A program made the translations under genes and the position numbers. From NCBI GenBank assembly GCA_054661495.1, contig BAAFSQ010000066.1:13073-45072 (forward strand): 32,000 nucleotides of DNA, written 5' to 3'. A model generated the notes under the pieces. That model was not told where the DNA came from, did no database searches, and saw only the letters and a program-made list of their open reading frames with translations. This document shows, piece by piece, positions 22,446 to 32,000 of this stretch (position 1 is its first letter; the number at the start of each line of letters is the position of its first letter). This DNA comes from Zygophlyctis sp. KS116 (Eukaryota > Fungi > Chytridiomycota).

Positions 22446-25400
22446 ATGAAAAACATTCCTGAAAGTACGATCGCTTAATGACTGATTTATAGTTCCATCA
22501 TCAATAAATTTCCCAGAGGAAGAAAAGAAAATACTTGCATTCTGGGAAGAAATTAATGCTTTTCAAACGTCTTTGAAATTATCGCAAGGTAGACCCCCAT
22601 TTTCTTTCTATGATGGTCCTCCATTTGCTACCGGACTGCCGCATTATGGGCATTTGTTGGCTGGGACAATCAAGGTAGTTAGTTTTAGGTTAAGGAGTAG
22701 GATGTGGTGACTAGATATGCCCATTCAACTGGTCATTATGTAGAACGCAGATTTGGTTGGGATACTCATGGTCTTCCAGTAGAATATGAAATTGACAAGA
22801 AATTAGGGATCAAAGGTCCTGCAGATGTTGCTAAAATGGGAATTGCTGCTTATAATCAGGAATGTCGATCAATTGTTATGAAATATGCGACAGAATGGGA
22901 AACAACTGTGAAGAGAATGGGAAGATGGATTGATTTTAAAAATGATTATAAGACTCTAAATTTATCTTTTATGGAATCTGTGTGGTGGGTTTTTAGTCAG
23001 CTATATCAAAAAGATCAGGTTTATAGAGGTTATCGTGTATTTTTCTTTATTTTTCTTATAGTTTAGATTATGCCCTATTCAATGGCTGTTTGTACTCCTT
23101 TATCGAATTTTGAAGCTAATTTGAATTATAAAGATACAGTTGATCCTGCTGGTAAGTTTAAGGATTTTTAATTTTAGTTGTCGTTTCTTTTCCGCTTGTT
23201 TCTGATCCCTCAGTCTCTTTGTTGGCTTGGACAACTACTCCTTGGACTTTACCAAGTAATTTGGCTTTATGCGTTCATCCGGAATTTGTTTATGTTAAAA
23301 TACATGATCAAGAAGCGGATGCTAAATATATTCTTCTAGAAAGTAGACTCTCTATTTTATACAAGGATCCGAAAAAGGCCAAATTTACTGTGTTGGAAAA
23401 AATGAAGGGATCAGAACTAAAGGGAGTAAAGTACCAGCCTCTTTTTGATTATTATGCAGATGTATTTATACTTGAATTAATTATTAGCGGGCAGATAATG
23501 CATTTTACGTGCTGAATGATACTTATGTAACTGATGATTCTGGTACAGGCATAGTTCATACTGCCCCGGCTTTTGGTGAGGACGATTTTAGAATTGCCGT
23601 GGATAACAAAATTGTATCTGGAGAAGGAGACATGGCATGTCCTATTGATGCTACTGGTCGCTTTATTCTTCCAGTAAAAGATTATATTGGGCAAAATGTG
23701 AAGGATGCTGATAAGCAAATCCAGAAAGATCTGAAGGTGCGAGGAAGACTTATTAGGCAATCACAAATTTCTCATTCGTATCCCTTTTGCTATAGATCAG
23801 ACACCCCTTTAATATACCGGGCGGTTCCAGCATGGTTCGTGCGTGTTGCAGAAATCACTGAGAAGCTGATCAAAAATAACATGGAGACATACTGGGTGCC
23901 TGAAAACGTGAAATTAAAGCGATTTCATAATTGGTTGGAAGGTTCTCGAGACTGGAATATTTCTCGAAATCGCTATTGGGGAACCCCGATTCCTTTGTGG
24001 GTTAGTGATGACTATGAAGAGATTGTGGCAGTAGGATCAGTGAAGGAATTGGAAGAATTATCGGGCGTGAAAGGATTGACCGATATCCATCGTGATAAAA
24101 TTGATGATATTACTATACCATCAAAGAAAGGAAAAGGTCAATTACGAAGAATCAGTGAAGTCTTTGATTGTTGGTTTGAAAGTGGAAGGTAAGTTTGCCT
24201 TAAATAATGCAACAGCATGCCATACGCCCAGCAACATTATCCATTTGAAAATAGTGATAAGTTTTTGAAAACCTTCCCTGCAGATTTTATTGCAGAAGGC
24301 ATTGATCAAACAAGAGGATGGTTTTACACTTTAATGGTTCTTTCTACCCATTTATTCGATAAACCTCCTTGGAAAAACTTGATTGTTAATGGTTTAGTCT
24401 TGGCTAGGTACTCCATTTTGACATAATTATATTAGTGATGGTAAGAAAATGAGTAAAAGGCTCAAAAATTATCCAGACCCAAATGAAGTTATGGAAAGCC
24501 ACGGAGCAGACGTTTTAAGGTAGATATTTTTAAGTTTACTTTAAGGCTATATTTGATTACATCTCCTGCTGTAAGAGCTGAAAATCTACGCTTCCGTGAA
24601 GAAGGAGTCAAAGAATTAGTTGCCAAAGTTTTGCTGCCGTGGTATAATGCCTATAGATTTTTCTTTTCTCAGCTTCTTCTTTTGAAAAAGGTAACTGCTA
24701 AAGAATAATAATGTAAAGGAACACAATATTGACTTTGAATACAATGACTCATTAGATCTTGGTAAGGATTCAAATGTTATGGATCGATGGATTTTAGCAT
24801 CCAGTCAGACTTTAATCCAATTTGTGAAACAAGAGATGGAGGGTATGTTCTTTCACCTTTAAAATATTAGCTTATCGGCTCTATACCGTTACTCCTCGCC
24901 TTCTTGGACTTATTGATGATCTAACCAATTGGTATATTAGATTTAATAGGAAGCGTCTTAAGGCAGAAAACGGACCAGAGGATGCTATTCGAGCATTGAA
25001 CGTTTTGTTTGAAGTTCTATTTGTTTTGTCTCGAATGATGGTATGACAAAAATAATTTGTAAATCTTTAGTCTCCATTTACTCCATTTATCTCTGAAACA
25101 ATGTATCAAAATCTCAAAAAATGCTTGCCTGAAACATCAGAGGATACACGAAGTGTTCATTTCTTGTTGTTCCCTGAAGTTAAGAAAAGCTACTTTAATC
25201 CGGAAATTGAACGTGCAGTGTCTCGTATGCGTTCAGTGATAGATTTGGGAAGATATATTAGAGAACAGAAGAATTTGCCTCTCAAAACTCCTCTTCGTGA
25301 ATTAATTGTCATCAATCCCGATCCTCAATTCCGTGAAGATGTTAAATCTCTTGAAGGCTACATAATTGATGTAAGTTTCGTTTGTTTTTTAAATGTAGGA

Positions 25401-26052
25401 AATGAATATTAGAACTTTAACAATCACTTCTGAAGAGAAAAAATATGGCGTAAAATACAAGTTGATACCCGAATGGAAATCCCTTGGAGCGACTTTCAAA
25501 AAGGACGTTTCGAAAATTAGAGCTTCTCTACCCAATATTTCGGAAACGGAGATTCAAAAGTTTATTTCCACAAAGGAAATCGATATAAGTGGACTAAAAT
25601 TGACTGATGAACATTTACAAGTTACTCGCTACTTTGACGAAGACCATCCAAATTACCAAGCACACTTTACTAATGAAGTTTTAGTAATTTTGGATACAGC
25701 ACTAGATCAGGAATTAATTAAAGAAGGAATCGCTAGAGAATTAGTCAACCGTATTCAAAGGCTACGTAAAAAAGTATAAAAACTTGAAATTAATATTATA
25801 GGCTGGTATACAACCAACAGATGAAATCTTATATTATCTCCAAATTAACCAGGACCCCAAGTCTGAACTTAAATCTATTTTAACAGATTTAAAAGATGTG
25901 CTTGACCGTTATTTGAAACAAGATATTATCAATGTGGAATCCAGCAAACCTGAAAATATCCTCATTCAAGAAGAACAAGAGGTAAAAAGTAAAATGATAA
26001 TATTTAGGTATCAAATTCCAAATTTGATCTTTATCTAGTCAAGAAGATTTAA
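22446..26052 (+). CDS. ILS1: Cytoplasmic isoleucyl-tRNA synthetase (14 micro-introns)
   Basis: [67 protein letters not shown]. Confidence 0.97.
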
Positions 26053-27093
26053 CTTTTTCTTTAATTGATTTCTTTTTTGGCCATGAGTAACATACAGTCC
26101 CTAAAAACACGAGAATACTACCTACCCAGTGCATAAAAGTAAAGTCATTTTTAAACAGAATCACACTTAATACTAAACTTGTAAATTTCCTTAAAGAAAG
26201 TATCAAGTTTAAAGTTACAGCCGAAGCTAGTGAACTAGCCTTTTGAACACCAGAAATACAAACATCTAAAATTTTAAAAATCAGAAAATTACATTGTGTA
26301 ACAACATTAAGCACTAAAAGACACCATAAATACGGAATCCCAAAATTAAACACTATAATAGATTCTGAATCAGAATATCTATAATATTAATTTTAAAAAA
26401 TCACCTTTTAAAATCATTTAAAATATTATCTTTGAACAGTAAGAATGCAGGTAAACTTAAAAAATGCATATAAAACAATCCTTCTTTCCAAACTTTTCCA
26501 TATTTTGAATATAATACTTGTTGATAGAGCCCCATTACTGATGATAAAAACAATGCAATAACCAAAAATCCCATCCCTATCAACCAAGAATTATAATCGG
26601 ACACTTGCAATTCTCTTTGAGATGAAGAAGCCATTGTCACTACCCCTACACCTAAACTGAGAATTATGACACCTGTCACCTATAGTGAATTCTTCAATAT
26701 TACTTGATGCAGTGTAAAACTAGTATTCAAAAAGATCCATGATAGCATCATACTAGTTATAAGACCAGCGCTTCTAAAAATAATATGAAACGCTTTAATC
26801 AGCCAAAACAGTAACTTACGCATTGAAATTTTATAGTCCAGTGCCACATTATTTAGAAGAGAGCTCGACCAAAACAATGACACAATGCCTAACCAATGAT
26901 ACATCGGAATGGCCGTTTTCTTGAATCGAATCCTAGAAAAATCAAAAACAGCAGGAAATCCGAGAGCAGACACCAACAGAAATTGACAAAATGTAATCAA
27001 ATGAACAGAATTTCTGATATTGCTGGTAATTGTTTCCAGTGTCAAAACATTTGAACAGCATCCTCCGAATATCTGAAGAAGAGTCGCAATCAT
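26039..27093 (-). CDS. YEA4: UDP-GlcNAc/UDP-xylose transporter (YEA4/SLC35B4), 4 micro-introns
   Basis: IFGGCCSNV, ITFCQF, ISMPFHIIFRS, WKEGLFYMHFLSLP, TQYVCISGV, LRKFTSL. Confidence 0.92.
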
Positions 27094-27151
27094 GCCAACT
27101 TAATTATGTCTAGTTGGCTGTTGGTCTAACAAAGAGTCTAGGGTCGAACCA
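27094..27151. promoter_or_regulatory. 58-nt bidirectional promoter region (YEA4 / ARP10)
   Basis: Divergent ATGs at 27093 and 27152; inverted repeat GCCAACT (27094-27100) / AGTTGGC (27112-27118). Confidence 0.6.
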
Positions 27152-28212
27152 ATGATCATTTTAGAATTTGGATCTTGTTCATTAAAGATTGGACAAAGTG
27201 GGGATGTTCAACCAAAAGTGTATTATTATTCTCTAGACAATGATGCAATTTCCGATTGGAGAGAAAATGGTTGGGGACCATTACAGTTGAATTATAGGGT
27301 TTTATATGATTATCCGCCGGTCAAAGATCATTTATTCTCTTTACTCAATGCAACATTAAATAGATGTTGGGATGAATTATGTTGTAATGATCAAGAGATA
27401 CTACTAGTAGAATATCCGTTTTTACCGATATTGGTGAAAGAATCTATTTATCAAGTTCTATTAAAGAAATTTGCAAGAGAAATTTCAATACTTCCAACTC
27501 CGATTGCATCAGTATTATCTTTTGGATCTACTCTAGGACTAGTAATTGATTTGGGATATTTGGATTCTAGAGTTTATCTAGTCTATGATGGTAGAGTATT
27601 AGAGAATTTCACGGGATTTTATCCGATTGGTAAGTTTTAAGTGGATTAAAAATAGGCGGAAAGATGATTACAAATGAAATTAAAAAGTTTCTTTTAAAAT
27701 ATGGAACCTGGAAGATTTCTGGGATTGAAAATACAATTTCTGAAACTTGGTTAGAATCTGTACCACTAATGGTTTGGGAATCTTTAAAATCTCAAGTTTT
27801 TGAATCAAATTACTCTACTTTTCAAATTTCTTCTTGTCAATCATTTACTTTTCCAGAAAATTTAGTAGATTTTGTTCTAGAAAAGATATTTGAAAAGGAT
27901 TCTGATAATGAAAATATAGTCACCGTTATTGGAAATGTACTTTGCAAGTGCCCAGTTGATTTAAGAAAAATCATGGCTAAAAATATATTCTTGACGGGTG
28001 GTTGTGGAAATATACAAAAGTTATCTGAAAGATTAATGTCGGAACTCGTGAATTATTGCAAAGAATCTACAAAATTACAACATTTGTCATTAGAGTTTGG
28101 AAATACCTCGTTTTCTCCAATGATGGCGTCGTGGACTGGTGCATCCGTGTATTCTAGTTTAAAAGGAGTTTCGCTCATGAAGAAGATTACGCTGAATGAT
28201 TTATCTTGTTGA
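27152..28212 (+). CDS. Actin-related protein, likely dynactin Arp10/ACTR10 (1 intron)
   Basis: ILEFGSCSLKIG, LVIDLGYLDSRVYLVYDGR, CPVDLRK, LTGG, SWTGAS. Confidence 0.75.
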
Positions 28213-28307
28213 TCTCTTTACCTGATGATCGCCGGAAAGTTGAAAGTTGAAAATTGGAATTTACAGATTACCATCAAAAATTCACAGAAAAATTCAAATC
28301 ATTGAAA

Positions 28308-31027
28308 ATGGACTTGATGGCACAATTGGAATCTAAAAAATCTATAATGATCAAAGGCCTTTTTGATCCGTTTGTAATAAACAGTTGCCCAAATTTGGAG
28401 TATTTGAGTGATCCATCTGATGATCAATTGCAGATTCATGACTTGCTTGTCAAACGATCAGCAAGGATTCTTACTAAAGTTGTCAATGGATCGACGTCAG
28501 CAGCGATTTTAATGATGAATGATTTATTAGAGGAGAAGAGGCTAAAGGACACTCCTGATCTGATTACAAGTTTTTATACGATCCAAGAGTTTGCTCCTTG
28601 GGCTCATGTAACTCGGCATTTGGTTGGAGGGAATTTGGAGTTGATAAGTAAGCATGCACAGTATCTGACTGATTCTTGGTTTCCTGAATCATTTATTCAA
28701 GTTTTGGGAAAACTGTTGAATTATTACTCAAAAGAGTTACGATCGGATGATTGTATTAATATTTACAGAATATTATATTTTGCAGTCAAGAGAAATATCA
28801 GATTAAATATTAATCCGATTATGGACTCTTGTAAAAGAGTTTTTATGCAAGATTCATCAATCAGCATCAGGACAAAAAATCTAGTGGATGTATTATTGTT
28901 GTTACTGGCAATTTATAGTAATTGTTTTCTATAATCTTATTTTAGATTCATTGGTAGATAAAGATTCTAAATCAAGTGTTTTTAATCTGATTTTACAAGT
29001 TTTAAGTATAGATTCAGGAAATTTACTATCGGAATCTTTAGAGTCGCTAGGACTTTTACAAATGGAGTTATTATTGGTTTTGCAAAATATAAAGTCTAAT
29101 GATTGGAAACGGTTAACGATATCAATAATCAACTCTTTTAAAGATGAAAGTTTTGATACATATATTTCGTTGATTCAAATTTATAAGAGATATTCGGATT
29201 TTGTACTGTATCATCGTGATTCAAGATGGATAGTGTCGCAATTGCTCTTTCAAGATTGGGTTATAGATTCATTTGTAAAAAATTGTGAATGGATTTATGA
29301 TTATATTAACAAGGAACACACTCAAGGTACTCTTTTACTTTTTAAAACAAGGTGAATTATGTGCATTGAATTGTATTCTTTTTAGTTTACGGATTCCGTT
29401 TTTAGATGATTTGCCAATTAATGAAGCAAAGATTATTGCAATTAATCTTGATCGTTTAAGTGGTATAAATGTATCTCAAACTGTGTACAAGGAGCCAAAT
29501 GTCTCACAAAAAGTTTGTGCATTTATAACATCTCAACTCTTTCAAGGTAAACTTTTGTTTCCTGTTGGAAAAGATATGAAAATGCACGCAAAAGTATATT
29601 TTATGATTAAATATTATAGGTCATATTAAAGAATTCTGTTCATGTACTGTTTAATGATTACCAATTGCTGAAATTGCCTGTAAATTTTTATCAAATCCTT
29701 CAAGAGTCATCAAAGGATATTTCTCTTATAAAGAATGATCCCATGTGGACTTTGCTCAGAGAACGTTCAAAAAAATCGTCTGTTTTATATGCGTCTGCTG
29801 GAAAAATCGCGAATTCATCCGGTTATCTTTGTTCGTATTTATGCGAGATTAATGCTTTTAAAACAATCGATGAGACAGTCACAATGTATTTTTTTACTAT
29901 TAAAACATAGAATACAAAATTATTCTCAAGAATTGCATGATTCTTTTCATTCTTCGGCCTTTGTTTCAAGTGATTTTCTTTCAATACCAGGTAAAGTTTT
30001 TTTTGTGTTGATAAATTAGAGTATAAAACGCAAATGATGGATTTTTGGATGTTTTTTCAGACAATTGCCTTATGTATCTCACTTATTATTAGACCAATTG
30101 CTTTGGATCTCCCTGATTCTCCAAGTTTTGCTAAAAAGAAATCTCTTCCGTATATTTCCAAAATATTTGCCATTCTCTCAAATATTCATTTTATAACTAT
30201 TCGATATGGCCCTACTGGATTTTCATTATGGAGAGATATAGTTGACCATTGTATGATTGGACTTAAACTATATCCAAGTTTTATTCCCTATATTTTTGAA
30301 TCGCTGGATGGTATGTTTGTAAATACGTTTTATTTTAGGAAAAAGTTTGTCTAGTATTTCTTTCATGTTGGATATGACGAAATATCTCTTACCGCAGTTA
30401 TCAGAATCAAGATTAGATTATATTTTGCACAAGACTTTATTACCTCGACTAGGGGGATTAGAGAAAAATCATTCAAGTTTAGAACTCTATGAAAAATCTT
30501 TACAAGATTCTGGATTTGCCTTGACTGAATCTCTTTTCAATAGCCCTTTAAAATTCAAAGATATCATATTGAAGTTTTGGTACCCATTTTTCCAACATAT
30601 TTTAAACAATGTAAGACTTATTTGTAAAAGATAGGATAATTTACCATTAAAATCTGTTGAAAAAGGACTATTATCAATAATTCGGGGCTTATCTACCTTG
30701 TCAGATCCAATTGAAAACAAAAGTTCTAGTGTAATATGGAACGACGCATTATCAAAATTCCTTGAAGAAACTCAAAAATGGATTCAAGAAAAATGGAATT
30801 TAAACGGATCATCACCAAAAACACGATTAATCTGTCGACAATTAATATCATCCTTGGAGATAATTCCTTCAAATCATACTATAAAACTATTAGAATGGAT
30901 TAGAGACTCTATTGCTACTAGAAAAGACTTTATACTTTTATCAATCCATGAAAGTCTCTTAAAACAAGATCAAATCAACCATGGAAAAAGACCATGGCTA
31001 GTGTATCAATTCAAAGCGTTATTATGA
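28308..31027 (+). CDS. Large alpha-helical (ARM/HEAT-like) protein, 7 micro-introns; possibly peroxin Pex8
   Basis: Consecutive ORFs joined in frame by GT-AG micro-introns; LSNIHFITIRYG...SFMLDMTKYLL...FWYPFF resembles the Pex8 C-terminal half; start codon uncertain. Confidence 0.55.
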
Positions 31028-31637
31028 ATGTTTAGTTTCATTTGAAAATCCATAATATGATTGTTCGACATCCATGACTTTTTTACCTCTTAGTAGAGCG
31101 ATATCATTTGGAGTTTTTTGATTTTTAAGAATTTCAAAGAATCCCTTGACAACATTTAGCGGATTAGTAGATCCATATATTTTAACATGAATATCCGAAA
31201 TCCCAACCAATCTACAAATTTCATGAATATTTTTATTAGCAACAATACCATATCCTAAAATCAATCAAATATAGATTACCAGGTACAGTTGTATGCATAT
31301 CAAACATTGTTCCATGAAACTTTACCTTTTCATCTGAATAAATTGTCCTATTATCAAATCTTGGAAACCAAGTCATTGCTTTTTTAGCATTGATAGTAGC
31401 CTTTTCAACCGCCAAAACAACATCTGCTCCTCGTCCGATCCCATATCCAGCGGATCCATTTTGATTCCCAACAATCACCAATGCAGATGTAGATCTTACT
31501 TTTCCACCGGATGTGACTCTAGCGACCTTTCTGATCAGTAAAACTCTTTGCGTTAGCCTAGATGAAAGATTAGCATCTGTCGGCATTGGCACTGGAGGAG
31601 GCGTTGCTAATTTCAGTGTTGAATAGAAAAATCTCAT
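31022..31637 (-). CDS. MRPS5: Mitochondrial ribosomal protein uS5 (1 intron)
   Basis: RKVARVTSGGKVRSTSALVIVGNQNGSAGYGIG, PRFDNRTIY, GSTNPLNVVK; presequence-like N-terminus. Confidence 0.9.
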
Positions 31638-31674
31638 GGCCGTTCCTAGGCCTTGGAGTCAATTTAACTTGAAT

Positions 31675-31922
31675 TTATTGATAATACAGCTCTAAATTCA
31701 TACCATCATGAATTTCATAGTCTTCCAATGTAATCTGATCCTTGTAAATATTATACCATTTCTTTAAAACTATTTTCTCTGCTGATGTTCCTATTTGCGC
31801 TGCAATCAGTAATTTCAAATCTCCAATTGTATCATCAGGACTAGTCTTAGTCTAGAATAAACTTACTTTGCCTTGACTCTGACTTTCTTTCCAAGTCTAT
31901 CATTGACAGTGATTTCAATCAT
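31675..31922 (-). CDS. HUB1: Ubiquitin-like protein Hub1/UBL5 (1 intron); missing from the ORF track
   Basis: [37 protein letters not shown]...[28 protein letters not shown]. Confidence 0.97.
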
Positions 31923-32000
31923 TTGATGTCTCTGAAAGGGTTATTGAGTGCCACACAATTCCAAGTTGGTCAAGTGCAACTCCAGATCTAAATGGCTATT

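Noticed and set aside
531-30720. Antisense/shadow ORFs in the ORF track (e.g. 531-716, 1125-1397, 10104-10391, 16743-17024, 23452-23760, 30487-30720)
   Set aside because: They lie opposite well-supported conserved genes and show no recognisable motifs
31638-31690. HUB1-MRPS5 fusion analogous to ubiquitin-ribosomal protein fusions
   Set aside because: HUB1 ends in the conserved YYQ-stop, and the candidate introns I tried do not join the frames
336-31866. Frequent frame breaks as frameshifting, pseudogenes or an alternative genetic code
   Set aside because: Each break in conserved genes is resolved by a GT-AG micro-intron; TAA, TAG and TGA all act as stops

Overview
AT-rich, extremely gene-dense eukaryotic nuclear DNA, most likely from a flagellated chytrid-type fungus (axonemal DNAL4, FAM92/CIBAR, fungal HOM2/YEA4/ATG27, biopterin-dependent Phe hydroxylase). 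About 21 protein-coding genes, interrupted by about 70 GT-AG introns that are all only ~23-33 nt: SEC61A, DNAL4, VPS74, a GT34/PIG-X locus, an F-box-like/ankyrin gene, CSL4, FAM92, HOM2, CCT2, an eIF3m-like gene, PAH, DUF2045, a secreted kinase-like gene, ATG27, TERT, IleRS, YEA4, ARP10, a PEX8-like helical protein, MRPS5 and HUB1. An accessory patch (5.3-7.5 kb) holds an ankyrin pseudogene and a dead Tc1/mariner remnant. Most notable: (1) a 25-nt intron appears to fuse a GT34 glycosyltransferase in frame to PIG-X/Pbn1; (2) a signal-peptide-bearing atypical kinase; (3) a recurrent GTCCGA element and CAA(G/C)T boxes in tiny promoters; (4) intergenic gaps of 0-40 nt and overlapping CDS ends; (5) stop-free 3n micro-introns; (6) an archaeal-style four-Cys Zn ribbon in Csl4. 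All family calls come from motif recognition by eye, not database searches.
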